NCBI GenBank assembly: GCA_027488855.1
Contig: JAIYAV010000217.1
Span: forward strand, 9,197-73,196
DNA from: Saprospiraceae bacterium
GTDB lineage: Bacteria > Bacteroidota > Bacteroidia > Chitinophagales > Saprospiraceae
Direction: 5' to 3'
DNA: 64,000 nucleotides
Made by a program: the position numbers and the translations under genes. The number at the start of each line of letters is the position of its first letter. Position 1 is the stretch's first letter. Positions 25,247-35,920 of this stretch are shown here, piece after piece. The notes below the pieces were generated by a model that was not told the origin of the DNA, made no database searches, and saw only the letters and a list, made by a program, of their open reading frames with translations.

Positions 25247-25386
25247 TTTTTGCAGGGTATGACATGGGCGTATGCACAGGCTAAAGTGTCTGACTGCAAG
25301 ATAATGTGCCGTTTTTTGGCATGCTATTTTTTTCGTTGATTAAAATTTCACATATTGTATGCATATTTATCCATTTAACTTGAGCT

Positions 25387-25734
25387 ATGGATACCTTAAT
25401 CGATGCAAAAAGTAAAAAATTGATCGTCCGGCAAATTGTGGAGCAACTTGCAAAAGTTGACTCACATGAGCCTGCCGATGCAACCATCAAAATTCTGGAT
25501 GAAGCAGGTGGTCACTACCTCTTGTTCAACAATACCTGGAAAGATGGCCGCAGGTATTATGGCTGTTTTTTGCACATCGATATTCATTCCGACGGCAAAA
25601 TCTGGATTCAACACGATGGCACTGACTTGAATGTAGCGGAGCAGCTACTTGAGGCTGGCGTGGCTAAGGAGGAAATTGTGCTGGGGTTTCAGCCGCCTGC
25701 GGTGAGGGGGGTGCTGGGGTTTGGGATTAGTTGA
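25387..25734 (+). CDS. XisI-family protein
   Basis: 'ILDEAGGHYLLFNNTWKDGRRYYGCFLHIDIHSDGKIWIQHDGTDLNVAEQLLEAGV.KEEIVLGF' matches the XisI (fdxN-element excision controlling factor) family almost along its full length. Confidence 0.8.
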   Translation: MDTLIDAKSKKLIVRQIVEQLAKVDSHEPADATIKILDEAGGHYLLFNNTWKDGRRYYGCFLHIDIHSDGKIWIQHDGTDLNVAEQLLEAGVAKEEIVLGFQPPAVRGVLGFGIS

Positions 25735-25759
25735 GTTATATGTCCGGGTGCCGAGGTTT

Positions 25760-27109
25760 TTATTTCAATATTTCACCCTGCATTTGAACTAACCCGGTCA
25801 ATTTCATTCCTTTTTCAAGTTCTTTGAATCGCATGTTTTCAGTCGTAACATACATATCAATGGTAAAAAAATTTTCTTCATCTGGCTTGGTTATTAACCT
25901 CATTTTTAAAATATACCCAAGCAAACTATTGTCTTGTAACAATTTGGTTTCCCTGTAGTCTTCCAAATGCCCAATAAAATCAAAACATGCATAATCGGGA
26001 AGATCCTGGCTTGGCATATAACCAGTGAAGTCTTCACTATATTTTATTTCCCCATCAGGATTTTCCTTAAAGACATCCAAAACAAAAACAATTCCACTGA
26101 TTTTAACATTCAGTTTCTTTTTTGTCAAATACAATTCTCTGTTTTCTGCATAATCGGTTGCGTAGTAATCTAGCCCAAATGTATCCCTACCTCTTGCTCC
26201 AATGATGGCTTCTGTTCCCTTAACATTTTCCAGTTCTTCAATTTCCAGGTTTTCAACGTCTACAACATAATCTGTTTTGACTAAGGGAAGGATGGAATGG
26301 GGCTTGCCGTTTAGTTTAATGGATTTAAAAACAACATCTTCAAACTCTAATTGCGAAACGATAACAAGCTCGTCCTGATACACAGGCTTCTTCACCAAAG
26401 CAAGTGCAAAGTGTTTATTCAAGATTTGGTTGGTATGCTCTTGCCGATAATTTTCAAAACCAAAAATCCCACTCCAGGTATTGCTCAGGTGCTTGTTATT
26501 GGATTTTTTGATCTTCAAACCGATGTTGTTTTCAAAAACTGGCATTTTGATTTCTTCCCAATCTTGAAAGTAATTTTTACCCTCTTGAAGTTTTGTGGCA
26601 AAAATGATGTTATTTTCTTCCTGGGTAAATCCCACAAACCCTTGGTAGCTGATATCCTTTTCGCTAAAGGAATAGGGAAGTCCTATTTTCCCTTTTTGGC
26701 CATTGCTAAAGTGATAAGTGGCCGATATGGCTTTTAGCTCTTCGTCGGAACCAGCAACCTGATGGTTCTCATCATTTGCAAAAGCAGAATGATAATAAAT
26801 GACATAGGATTTGATTTCACCTTGAAGCAGTTTTTTCTCAAAGTTTTCTTCCATTCGCCTAACAACCTCTTCTGCGGACAATGTATAGGACTTGTCTTCT
26901 CCTACGATATACAAAAAGCCAGTTATTTCTCCATCCAGTTTTTCATAAGCTGAAATTGGGGCATAATTGCCATTTTGCTGCATGATAATGAAGCGGATTG
27001 TGTATTCATTATATTTGCTGATCTCTGAAAAAAGAGCATTTGGCTTTGGCTCATTAGGTGTTATTTTTTCTTCTGTGTTCTTTTTCTTAAAAAAATCAAA
27101 TAATCCCAT
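25760..27109 (-). CDS. Hypothetical protein on a low-GC single-gene islet
   Basis: 449-aa uninterrupted ORF. A spot count gives about 28% GC against about 50% in the flanks. I recognise no family. Confidence 0.55.
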   Translation of the reverse strand: MGLFDFFKKKNTEEKITPNEPKPNALFSEISKYNEYTIRFIIMQQNGNYAPISAYEKLDGEITGFLYIVGEDKSYTLSAEEVVRRMEENFEKKLLQGEIKSYVIYYHSAFANDENHQVAGSDEELKAISATYHFSNGQKGKIGLPYSFSEKDISYQGFVGFTQEENNIIFATKLQEGKNYFQDWEEIKMPVFENNIGLKIKKSNNKHLSNTWSGIFGFENYRQEHTNQILNKHFALALVKKPVYQDELVIVSQLEFEDVVFKSIKLNGKPHSILPLVKTDYVVDVENLEIEELENVKGTEAIIGARGRDTFGLDYYATDYAENRELYLTKKKLNVKISGIVFVLDVFKENPDGEIKYSEDFTGYMPSQDLPDYACFDFIGHLEDYRETKLLQDNSLLGYILKMRLITKPDEENFFTIDMYVTTENMRFKELEKGMKLTGLVQMQGEILK

Positions 27110-27187
27110 TATGCTGTTTTTTTGGAGTAAAAATAGATAACCATATTCATACTAAAGGGTTTCTTCTACATTTTCCCAATTAATTCC

Positions 27188-29782
27188 TCACTTCACCCCA
27201 TACACCCCTCCCTTCTTCGTCTCAAAATCCACCACAACCCCCTCATTCACAATCATTTTACCCATCACCTCAGGCGCCTTAACCAACACTTTCCCAGGCG
27301 CAACCACTCCAAACAGCCGGTTCCCATTTTCCCCCTTTGCCTGTACGATTTGTACATTTTGCACCTCCACCTGCCTATTTATCCGCAACCTGCAATTCCC
27401 TCCCAAAGTCGAGCGGATCGTTGCCTGCACTAGCACTCCATCCTTCCATTCCATGTCCACCTCAAAACCGCCCCTGGCTCGCAAGCCCTTTACTTTCCCC
27501 GTATGCCAAGGCTTCGGCAAGGCAGGCAACAAGTGAATTTCACCCGCATGACTCTGTAGCAATAGCTCCGCAATGCCCGCCGTAGCCCCAAAATTCCCGT
27601 CGATTTGAAAAGGAGGATGCGCATCAAAAAGATTTGGATAAGTGCCGCCGCCCTGCATGGTGGTGACGTTGGTGCGCACCAGTTTAAAGAGGTTCGTGAT
27701 CAGCTTCAGTGCATGATCGCCATCGAATAGCCGCGCCCAAATGTTGACTTTCCAACCCATCGACCAACCCGTGGCAAAATCGCCCCGGCGCTCCATAACC
27801 CGCTGTACCGCAGCCATCAATTCCGGTGAACTTTGTTGGGTGATTTGATTGCTGGGGTGAATGGCGTAGAGGTGAGAGATGTGACGGTGCTGTACATCTC
27901 CATCTTCAAAATCTTCGGACCATTCTTGTAATTGCCCGTATTTGCCGATTTGGTACGGCAACAGCTGACTCAGTTGTTGCCGTACGGAATCCACCATTGG
28001 GTCTTTCAATTGCAAAAGCTGTGCTGCTTCAAGGTAGCGGGCTAAGGCTTCCCGTACAATCGCCATATCCATCGTTGGGCCTGGGCTGAAAGTAGCTTGC
28101 TTGTTGTCTTCGTACACAAAGTTTTGCTCGGGCGAATGCCCAACTGGAGTAAGCAGATAGCCTTGCTCGTTTTTGACCAACCAGCCTTGATAAAATTCCA
28201 CCACCCCTTTGAGCAATGGAAACACCTCGTTTTTCAAAAATTGCTGATCGCCGCTGAACAAGTAGTGTTCCCACAAATGACTCGTCAACCAACCGCCGCC
28301 CATCGGCCAAAAGGAACAAGCGCAGTTGTCCACGGGTTCGGCATGTCGCCAGATGTCCATGTTGTGGTGGGCAACCCAGCCGGAGTTGCCGTACATGTTG
28401 CGCGCGGTTTCGCGACCATTGATGGCTAGTTCTTTGATGGCGCGAAAAAAAGGCTCCTGGCATTCGGCAAGGTTGGTGATCTCAGCGGGCCAGTAGTTCA
28501 TTTGGGCATTGATGTTGATGGTGTAGGCCCCATTCCAGGGTGGAGTCATTTGGTCGTTCCAGATACCCTGTAAGTTCAAGGGTTGTCCACCGGGGCGAGA
28601 GCCAGCAATCATCAAGTAACGTCCATATTGGAAATAGAGTGCCGCAAAAGCAGGGTCCTGCCCATTTGCGAACAGTTCCACCCGCCGATCAGTGGGCAGT
28701 TTGGATTGCTCCGTTTCTGCTGCCAGATTGATGGCTACTCGTTTGAACAAGTTTTGGTAATCCAACAAATGCCGCTGGTACAAATTGGCAAAAGACCTTG
28801 GTTCAACGGCTTTAAAATACGTGTCCAGCAGTACAGCGGGGTTTTTACCTTCGGTAGCCGGGCTTTTGTCAAATCCATTGTAACTGGTCGCTGCACTCAG
28901 GACGATGGTCAATTCACTAACATTTTGCACCTTGATTTTTTCACCTTGCTGGCTAATGGCACCTCCCGCATGGAGCACCTTCAGGCGGGTTTCAAAGGCC
29001 ATACCCAGGCCATTGACTTGATCCTGGTACAAAAAATTGGCGGCCTGGGGCTTACGCTGCCCACTTTTTTCATACAACTCGGGATACTTGTGCTGATCGC
29101 CCAGTTTTTCCACCAAATCAAAATTGCGGCGCAAGGCAAAACCTGGAGCACGGCCCAAGAGGCGCAACACATTTCCATTGCCACGCTGCTGCGCAGTAGC
29201 CTGATGGGGAGTAGAAAGTTGAACGGTGCAGTTGATTTTATCAGGACCAGTTGCACTGATTTTCAGTACCACCATATGATCAGGATAGCTGGCGAAATAG
29301 CTGCGGCGGTAGGTAGTTGCACCTATTTTGTATTCCGTGTGAGCGGTGGCAGTATTCAAGTCCAGACTGCGTTTGTAGTCCTTGATTTGGCTTGAGTCGT
29401 GGGCAAAATCCAGCCACAAATCGCTCATCGGTTGGTACATCTGGTGGTTACGGCCCAGCCATTCTTTGGTGATGAGGGCTTGAGCTTCCTGGTATTTTTT
29501 GGCCTTGAGCAACTCCATCACCTGTGGATAAGCCCGGCGTACGTTGATGTTGGTAAAAGTGCCATTGGGGTCGCCAGAGTAGAGGGTGCCTTCGTTCAGT
29601 TGCACATGTTCCCGCATGGGGCCACCGAAAACCATCGCCCCCATGTAGCCATTGCCAAGTGGAAGTGCCTCCGACCAGAGTTTGGCGGGCTGGTCATACC
29701 ACAATTGCAAGGCATTGGTTTGCGCTGTAAGGCCAACCGGGATCAGCAAAGCCCAAAGCTGAATACGCAGGAATTTTTTCAT
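27188..29782 (-). CDS. Glycoside hydrolase family 95 (alpha-L-fucosidase-type)
   Basis: A signal peptide is followed by '[28 protein letters not shown]...[12 protein letters not shown]', and later 'NLQGIWN' and '[12 protein letters not shown]', typical of GH95. Confidence 0.85.
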   Translation of the reverse strand: MKKFLRIQLWALLIPVGLTAQTNALQLWYDQPAKLWSEALPLGNGYMGAMVFGGPMREHVQLNEGTLYSGDPNGTFTNINVRRAYPQVMELLKAKKYQEAQALITKEWLGRNHQMYQPMSDLWLDFAHDSSQIKDYKRSLDLNTATAHTEYKIGATTYRRSYFASYPDHMVVLKISATGPDKINCTVQLSTPHQATAQQRGNGNVLRLLGRAPGFALRRNFDLVEKLGDQHKYPELYEKSGQRKPQAANFLYQDQVNGLGMAFETRLKVLHAGGAISQQGEKIKVQNVSELTIVLSAATSYNGFDKSPATEGKNPAVLLDTYFKAVEPRSFANLYQRHLLDYQNLFKRVAINLAAETEQSKLPTDRRVELFANGQDPAFAALYFQYGRYLMIAGSRPGGQPLNLQGIWNDQMTPPWNGAYTININAQMNYWPAEITNLAECQEPFFRAIKELAINGRETARNMYGNSGWVAHHNMDIWRHAEPVDNCACSFWPMGGGWLTSHLWEHYLFSGDQQFLKNEVFPLLKGVVEFYQGWLVKNEQGYLLTPVGHSPEQNFVYEDNKQATFSPGPTMDMAIVREALARYLEAAQLLQLKDPMVDSVRQQLSQLLPYQIGKYGQLQEWSEDFEDGDVQHRHISHLYAIHPSNQITQQSSPELMAAVQRVMERRGDFATGWSMGWKVNIWARLFDGDHALKLITNLFKLVRTNVTTMQGGGTYPNLFDAHPPFQIDGNFGATAGIAELLLQSHAGEIHLLPALPKPWHTGKVKGLRARGGFEVDMEWKDGVLVQATIRSTLGGNCRLRINRQVEVQNVQIVQAKGENGNRLFGVVAPGKVLVKAPEVMGKMIVNEGVVVDFETKKGGVYGVK

Positions 29783-31248
29783 CTTTTTATGAGGCTCAGT
29801 TGCAGTTGTTGTTCAAATTTGGCCAGCTGTTGTTGCAGATTATGCGTCAGTTTCAGTTTCAGTTTTTCTTCCTTGATGAAACTGAATTTAATGCTATTCA
29901 GGATGTACTGCTTGATTTCTGCGTAAGAGATGTTTTTGTAGCGGTTGGCCAACAACACAAACTGCTCGGTGAGGTTGCTGCGCAAAATGCCCGCATCGTC
30001 GGTCGAAATGACGATGGGTACTTTGGCAGAGCGATATAGGGTGATGGGATGCTGATCGTCTTTAACTTTGAGGATGTATTCGTTGCTGGTCAGGTTGATT
30101 TCCACAGCCACTTGTTGGGTTTGCATCAGTTTCAGCAGGTCGTACACCTTGTTTTCGTAGGCCAAGTCAACGCCGTGACCGATGCGGTGGGCTCCAGCGT
30201 CCCGTACTGCTGCATTGATGTGCCAGTTTAACTCTTCTGGCTTGACCAGTCCCAAAGTCAATTCACCCGCGTGCATCGAAAACTTCACACTGGGAAAACG
30301 TTTTTTGCACCACTTAAAAAATTCCATGTGTAGCCAATAATTGCGCATGGAAGCGGGATTGTCTTCGGGCGCTACGATGTTGACGCCGACGATCAGGCTA
30401 CTGCGCTCCGCCGAAAGGAAAGATGCTACTAGATTGCCATACAAGGTGACTTGATCTTCCAAAACCCGGGTCACATAGCCCTGAAAGCGCATGGTGAAGG
30501 TCGAATCGTCGAGCTGCAATTCCCGATGGGTCTTTTCAATGGTTTGGGTGTAATCGAGCACTTTACTTTCGATGCCTTTGCGGATGAACCTGGCGTAGAG
30601 GGTGTCCAGCACAATGGCCAGGCCAGCACTGTTTTTTTGTCGCTGCAAGGAATCAAGGATTCCGGAATAAATCTTAAGATCCGATAAATCCAGTCCATGT
30701 TTGGCGGAGCGGTACATCAATTCGATGTACTGCACATTTTCTGCTTTGGCGCGTTGTTTGAGTTCCAGGAGGCCTTCTCGGGCCAGCCCTTTACTGGCCA
30801 AATCGAATTTATCGAAGGCATCAAAGAAGTGTTTGTCGCTGGCTTCATCGCCTAGGAAATAATCCTTGATGGACCAAAACCTCAGGAGTTGGTAACGCAA
30901 GTCGGGTAAGCCTCCGGCAGCATTCACTTCGCTCATTTTTTTGATGTCGGAATTGAGATTGAGCGTAGGCGCTTTGTCGAACAATTCCAGGGTTTTGAGG
31001 TTCACCCAAAAATCGGATTTGAGCGCGTAATCAAAGTAACTTTCGGCGTAAATGGAGCCGGAAAAGTGGTTGTGCAAGTCGCCGCCTTTGGGCATTTGTT
31101 GGAAAAAGGCGGTGAGTAGGGCGCGGTTGTCGCGGATGGAATTGAGGTAATCGGAGCAATATTTGTCGGCGCTAACCTGGCCAAACAAAGCAGTCCCAGG
31201 TAAAATGAATAGCGCCAATAATAGCCAGGTGGAAGTGTATTTGATCAT
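29779..31248 (-). CDS. Secreted adenosine/AMP-deaminase-family metallohydrolase
   Basis: Signal peptide. Metal-ligand motifs are '[11 protein letters not shown]', 'HAGE', 'RIGHGVDL' and 'ISTDDAGI'. The stop overlaps the GH95 start (ATGA at 29779-29782). Confidence 0.65.
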   Translation of the reverse strand: MIKYTSTWLLLALFILPGTALFGQVSADKYCSDYLNSIRDNRALLTAFFQQMPKGGDLHNHFSGSIYAESYFDYALKSDFWVNLKTLELFDKAPTLNLNSDIKKMSEVNAAGGLPDLRYQLLRFWSIKDYFLGDEASDKHFFDAFDKFDLASKGLAREGLLELKQRAKAENVQYIELMYRSAKHGLDLSDLKIYSGILDSLQRQKNSAGLAIVLDTLYARFIRKGIESKVLDYTQTIEKTHRELQLDDSTFTMRFQGYVTRVLEDQVTLYGNLVASFLSAERSSLIVGVNIVAPEDNPASMRNYWLHMEFFKWCKKRFPSVKFSMHAGELTLGLVKPEELNWHINAAVRDAGAHRIGHGVDLAYENKVYDLLKLMQTQQVAVEINLTSNEYILKVKDDQHPITLYRSAKVPIVISTDDAGILRSNLTEQFVLLANRYKNISYAEIKQYILNSIKFSFIKEEKLKLKLTHNLQQQLAKFEQQLQLSLIKR

Positions 31249-31264
31249 GTTTCAGGTGTTTATG

Positions 31265-31303
31265 CTTAGGTGTAGCTTGAGTATATATGGTTTCTTAGGT
31301 GGT
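31265..31303. repeat. Degenerate half-copy of the CTTAGGTG palindromic element (subtype-1 left arm only)
   Basis: 'cttaggtgtagcttgagtatatatggtttcttaggtggt' aligns with the left arm at 21233-21272. No convincing right arm follows. Confidence 0.5.
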
Positions 31304-31342
31304 AAAAAACTTAGTCGTTTTTCATCGTTCCTAGGATAGGGT

Positions 31343-31924
31343 TTACATCAAAAACACGGTCATCGTCCGCGCACCATGTGCACCCAAGACCAGTGACTGT
31401 TCAATATCGGCAGTTTTGGAAGGCCCGGCGATGAACACCCCGAATCCATACTCCTGCCCCTGCAAACGTTCATAGGCCTGATGCATGTTGGCGACAATGG
31501 CATCTGCTGGCAGGACGATGGCGAGGTGTTGGCAAATAAAAGGCACTGCCCGTTGTTGGTAATTGGCTTCGGTGACCCAAATGGCCGAGTTTTCCGCCAC
31601 CCCAAAGGTTCCGGTGATGATGGCCAGTTCTACGTTCTCTAACTCATGCGGGTCGGCATTTTCGGGAATGGGTTCGGCTGGGTGTTGCAACGCGGGAATG
31701 GAACTGATGATGCGTCCCGGATATGGATTTTCTTGCAGATAAGCTTCAATTTCCGCATGATTTTTTACCCGGACGGGTTTTCCACCAATGGTGCTCAACA
31801 CGGTCATAAACTGATCCAAGACCTCGCTGGTGCGCACCGGGAATGCAGTCAAATCCGGCAAGGGCCGTTCATCTATGGGTTGATTGGCTCGCACTTTGGC
31901 CAATATTTGCTCTCGAACTGACAT
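31343..31924 (-). CDS. lutC: LutC/YkgG-family (LUD domain) lactate utilization protein
   Basis: The start was moved to 'MSVREQILAKVRANQP' (ATG at 31924), 11 nt after the lutB stop. The ~193 aa size and 'GVAENSAIWV' / 'GPSKTADIEQ..V.GAHG' are LUD-domain-like. Confidence 0.65.
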   Translation of the reverse strand: MSVREQILAKVRANQPIDERPLPDLTAFPVRTSEVLDQFMTVLSTIGGKPVRVKNHAEIEAYLQENPYPGRIISSIPALQHPAEPIPENADPHELENVELAIITGTFGVAENSAIWVTEANYQQRAVPFICQHLAIVLPADAIVANMHQAYERLQGQEYGFGVFIAGPSKTADIEQSLVLGAHGARTMTVFLM

Positions 31925-31935
31925 ATTGCTACAGT

Positions 31936-33309
31936 TTAGCTTCGGTTTTTTAGATACCAATCTCTGAACGATTCTTTAGGTGGTTCAGGCATTTCCCGTT
32001 GTTTGAACCAAGGATTGAAGGAATTGCTGACCATTCCGGGGATGACACGCATGGTCCAACGCCCCATTTTCCCCATACTTCGGTACACCATTGGGCTGGA
32101 CAATACCGTAGACATCATTTTGAGACCCATTTTTTTGCCAAAATCAACTTTCCCCTGCCGGGTCAATTCCTGACGCCATTCGTACAATTGCTCGTGGATG
32201 TTGATCTTCACCGGACAAACGTTCGAGCAGGAACCACAGAGAGTTGAGGCAAAAGGTAAGTCTGCATTTTTGGTCATGTCCAGGTTGGGGGCCAAAATGG
32301 CACCAATTGGCCCCGCTACGGCATTGTGGTAAGAATGCCCACCGCTGCGGCGATAAACAGGGCAAGTATTCATACAAGCGCCACAACGGATACACTTGAG
32401 CGAATTGCGGAAGGCTTCGCGACCCAACTGCTGGCTACGGCCATTGTCTACCAGTACGATGTGCATCTGCGCGCCTGCGCGTGGGCTTTTGAAATGGCTG
32501 GAATAAGTGGTGATCGGCTGCCCAGTAGCGCTGCGGGCCAGAAGGCGTAAAAATACGCCGAGGTGCTCCCGGCGAGGAATGATTTTTTCGATGCCCATAC
32601 AGGCGATATGCACATCGGCGAGGTGAACGCCCATGTCGGCGTTGCCCTCGTTGGTACACACCACGAATTCTCCTGTTTCGGCTACGGCAAAATTGACGCC
32701 CGTCAAAGCCACCCGACGACTGAGGAACTTATCCCGCAAGTGCTGTCGGGCTGCTTCAGTCAACAATTGCGGATCGGCATTCCCCTTGGGTGTGCCCAAA
32801 TGCTGGTGAAACAATTCACCAATTTCCTCTTTTTTCCAATGGATGCAGGGCATTACGATGTGGCTGGGTGGCTCATCGGCCAGTTGTACAATGCGTTCAC
32901 CCAGGTCGGTATCCACTACTTCAATGCCATTTTCGGCCAGGTATTCATTGAGGTGACACTCTTCGGTGAGCATGGATTTGGACTTGACCATGCGGTTGGC
33001 ACCCGCTTGTTGCAGCAGGGAAAGGACGATTTGATTGTGTTCTGTTGCATCGGCCGCCCAGTGTACGATGGCACCATTGGCGGTAGCTTGGCGTTCAAAC
33101 GATTCGAGGTAATCCGCCAAATTGCCGAGCACATTGTCCTTAATGGCCGAGGCGGTATTGCGCAGGCTTTCCCAGTCTTCGTAGAGGGTATGTGCGGCTT
33201 TGTCCCGCTTTTGGCGAATCCACCAGAGGGTGGCATCATGCCAGTCCACGCGGGGTTCATCCGCGTTGAAACGTTCAGATAATTCGGGATGTTTGGGTTT
33301 GGTAGACAT
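31936..33309 (-). CDS. lutB: LutB/YkgF-family iron-sulfur lactate utilization protein
   Basis: Two ferredoxin-type clusters, 'CIRCGACMNTCPVY' and 'CGSCSNVCPVKI', sit after a LUD-type domain. The 457 aa size fits. Confidence 0.75.
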   Translation of the reverse strand: MSTKPKHPELSERFNADEPRVDWHDATLWWIRQKRDKAAHTLYEDWESLRNTASAIKDNVLGNLADYLESFERQATANGAIVHWAADATEHNQIVLSLLQQAGANRMVKSKSMLTEECHLNEYLAENGIEVVDTDLGERIVQLADEPPSHIVMPCIHWKKEEIGELFHQHLGTPKGNADPQLLTEAARQHLRDKFLSRRVALTGVNFAVAETGEFVVCTNEGNADMGVHLADVHIACMGIEKIIPRREHLGVFLRLLARSATGQPITTYSSHFKSPRAGAQMHIVLVDNGRSQQLGREAFRNSLKCIRCGACMNTCPVYRRSGGHSYHNAVAGPIGAILAPNLDMTKNADLPFASTLCGSCSNVCPVKINIHEQLYEWRQELTRQGKVDFGKKMGLKMMSTVLSSPMVYRSMGKMGRWTMRVIPGMVSNSFNPWFKQREMPEPPKESFRDWYLKNRS

Positions 33310-33404
33310 TGCTTGCAGTTTACGGACTAAAGTAACTGCTTTCTTATAAAAAATCCTACTGGTAGTCTCCTGTGTATTTCAATTTTTGATTAAAACAGAC
33401 TATC

Positions 33405-33500
33405 CTGAGGTGAATCTTAAGTGCCTTCGGATTCTTAGGTGGTGAAAAGAATCATTATTTCACCACCTAAGGAACCTAAGGCACTTAAGAAACACCTAAG
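33405..33500. repeat. CTTAGGTG-word palindromic element, subtype 1 (43-nt arms, ~6 mismatches)
   Basis: The left arm 'ctgaggtgaatcttaagtgccttcggattcttaggtggtgaaa' pairs with the reverse complement of 33458-33500. It is homologous to the element at 21233. It lies immediately 3' of the GH51 stop. Confidence 0.85.
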
Positions 33501-33506
33501 AGGCTT

Positions 33507-35042
33507 TTATTTCAAGGCCAGCACTACCACTGAAAATGGCGGCACCTTAACTTTCAACTGCCCGCCGCTCAAAGTTGCACCATTGTACGCAGTGGGCTTG
33601 ATTTTTTCAGGATTTTCAAAAGTATTGTGATCCTGCAAGGTAGGCGCTGTCAACACCCGACCGTTCACACTGGCGTACTTGGCACCACGCAAATCGATGG
33701 TGATTTCTTGAGCTTCACGAGCGTGAATATTGGTCAATGAAATGTGCGTGACGCCCTCCTTGTTTTTGGAAGCAGAACAAGTCAAGGCAGGCAATTGGCG
33801 ATTGTCCAGTTTGTACTGGTTCGTCTGAATCGTCAAAGGCAACATCGTAGCCTCCTGATGCACATTGTACATTTCCATCACGTGGTAAGTCGGCGTCAGG
33901 ATCATTTTTTCCTCCTTGGTGAGGATTACTGCTTGCAGCACGTTGACGATTTGGGCCAGGTTCGCCATTTTCACCCGGTCGCAGTGGTTTTGGAAAATGT
34001 TAAGGGTCATGCCCGCCAGCACCGCGTCGCGCATGGTGTTCTGCTGGTACAAAAACGCGCCGTTGGTACCTGGTTCTACGTCGTACCAGCCACCCCATTC
34101 ATCCACAATCAGGTCGACCCGCTTGTTGGGATCGTACTTGTCCATGATGTTGCTGTGGCGAGTCACCAGTTCTTCCATCTGATAAGCCCGCTGCATGGTG
34201 GTGAAGTACTGATCTTCGGAAAAGGTGGTAGAAGGGCCTTTTTTATTCCAATCGATGACGGAATAGTGGTGCAGCGCCACGGCATCGAGCATGTTGTGGG
34301 GAATGTCGCGCATCAAGACCTCCGTCCAGTTGTAATCCGCATCGCTGGCACCGGAGGCGATTTTGTACAAGCGCGTATTGCCCGTTGAAGTCATAAAGGT
34401 GGCATATTGGCGATAGATGTTGGCGTAGTACTCGGGTTTCATGTTGCCGCCACAACCCCAGGCTTCGTTGCCCAAGCCCCAAAAGCGGACTTTCCAGGGC
34501 TGCTCACGGCCATTTTCCTTGCGGAGTTTGGACATGGGGCTGACTCCGTCAAAATTGGTGTACTGCACCCAATCGGCTAATTCCTGAACCGTGCCACTGC
34601 CTACGTTTCCAGACAGGTAGGGTTCGGTGCCCAGTTTTTCGCACAGATTCAAAAAATCGTGGGTACCAAAACTGTTGTTCTCGGTTACATTCCCCCACCA
34701 GGTGTTGACAATCGTGGGGCGATTGGCGAGGGGGCCAATGCCGTCTTTCCAGTGGTAAGTATCGGCAAAACAACCACCTGGCCAGCGCAGGTTGGGGATT
34801 TTGAGTTTGATCAAAGCGTCGATCACGTCTTTGCGCACCCCGTCTACCGTAGGGATTTTGGGATTGTTTGTCCCTACGTAAAGCCCATCGTAGATGCACC
34901 GGCCCAGGTGTTCAGAGAAATGGCCGTAAATATGCTTGCTAATGGTGTGTTTGCCGAGGTCGGCATTGAGGACTATCTGGTTTTGAGCAAATAGGCTCAG
35001 GCTGCCAATAGTCAGCAGCAGCGTCAGATGCAGGTTTTTCAT
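33507..35042 (-). CDS. Alpha-L-arabinofuranosidase, glycoside hydrolase family 51
   Basis: A signal peptide is followed by 'IYGHFSEHLGRCIYDG', 'LRWPGGCFADTYHWKDGIG', 'WGLGNEAWGCGG' and 'VDEWG'. Confidence 0.85.
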   Translation of the reverse strand: MKNLHLTLLLTIGSLSLFAQNQIVLNADLGKHTISKHIYGHFSEHLGRCIYDGLYVGTNNPKIPTVDGVRKDVIDALIKLKIPNLRWPGGCFADTYHWKDGIGPLANRPTIVNTWWGNVTENNSFGTHDFLNLCEKLGTEPYLSGNVGSGTVQELADWVQYTNFDGVSPMSKLRKENGREQPWKVRFWGLGNEAWGCGGNMKPEYYANIYRQYATFMTSTGNTRLYKIASGASDADYNWTEVLMRDIPHNMLDAVALHHYSVIDWNKKGPSTTFSEDQYFTTMQRAYQMEELVTRHSNIMDKYDPNKRVDLIVDEWGGWYDVEPGTNGAFLYQQNTMRDAVLAGMTLNIFQNHCDRVKMANLAQIVNVLQAVILTKEEKMILTPTYHVMEMYNVHQEATMLPLTIQTNQYKLDNRQLPALTCSASKNKEGVTHISLTNIHAREAQEITIDLRGAKYASVNGRVLTAPTLQDHNTFENPEKIKPTAYNGATLSGGQLKVKVPPFSVVVLALK

Positions 35043-35173
35043 TGTTTACGTTTACGTCAGAATAATTGTAAAAATAACTTTTAAAGGGGAAGTGGCAAAA
35101 ATTTTGGGGGAATTTTGAAAAAAGGGGATTGCACCTAGGCTTATGTTCTAACCTGAATGGTTTTGAAAACCAA

Positions 35174-35479
35174 CTAAAGCACCCATTCTCTGCTTAAATG
35201 GATGTTTTGGGTTATCGTGTCCCTTTTTAGCCAATTGTACAGTTGAAAATTTATCTTTATTAGGTCCTTTTCATTTTTGGGAATTGCCACTTTTATTTCC
35301 CCTAAATATGGCTCAATAATTTTCATGCCACTGCTTGGAATCAGTTCCAATTGATGGCTATGCAAATCATAGTTCTTTAAGATTCTGATCATGAACACCG
35401 TAGTGTCACCAGGGTACAAAATTCGATTATTGGTTTGTTCCCAAATATCAAAGTCCTGGGAATACATGCACTTGGTCAT
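35174..35479 (-). CDS. Hypothetical small protein (low-GC islet)
   Basis: 101-aa ORF 3 nt downstream of the 35483..35920 ORF. A spot count gives about 30% GC. Confidence 0.4.
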   Translation of the reverse strand: MTKCMYSQDFDIWEQTNNRILYPGDTTVFMIRILKNYDLHSHQLELIPSSGMKIIEPYLGEIKVAIPKNEKDLIKINFQLYNWLKRDTITQNIHLSREWVL

Positions 35480-35482
35480 GAA

Positions 35483-35920
35483 CTAGGGGCTGAGTATACT
35501 TTCAAGCCTTTGAAGCAGCTCCAATTTTGTGCCTTCAAACATTTGAGCTACGGATTTCACCTTTAGTCTTTGCAAAATCTCAGCCTTGCTAATAAATCCC
35601 TTTGCGGCCATCTGTTTGAAAATAAAGCTGCGTAAATAATTTTTATCCGCTTCGGCCAAATCCTTTTGACTGCTTATCACTCGGAGTTTATCATAACTTA
35701 CCATCAAACTATCGAAAAAGCTTTTCATAAATTCTGAATCACGATAGTTGACATTAACTTTAAATTGGTAGTCAGCGATTTTTTCGTCCCATAAACGGAA
35801 AACTTCAGCTTCGGCAGCTTTTATTTTTTGATTTTTCTGTTCAACCAACTTGAACAAGTAAATGAAACTTAATCCGCAAACTGCGATGGCTGTTAGCGGC
35901 AATAGTATTTTCCTTTTCAT
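35483..35920 (-). CDS. Hypothetical membrane-anchored protein (low-GC islet)
   Basis: 145-aa ORF with an N-terminal TM helix 'ILLPLTAIAVCGLSFIYLF', then a helical region. Confidence 0.45.
   Translation of the reverse strand: MKRKILLPLTAIAVCGLSFIYLFKLVEQKNQKIKAAEAEVFRLWDEKIADYQFKVNVNYRDSEFMKSFFDSLMVSYDKLRVISSQKDLAEADKNYLRSFIFKQMAAKGFISKAEILQRLKVKSVAQMFEGTKLELLQRLESILSP

Noticed and set aside
25387-25734. XisI as evidence of a developmentally excised DNA element
   Set aside because: No XisH, no XisA-type recombinase and no flanking repeats are present. XisI-family genes are common outside such elements.
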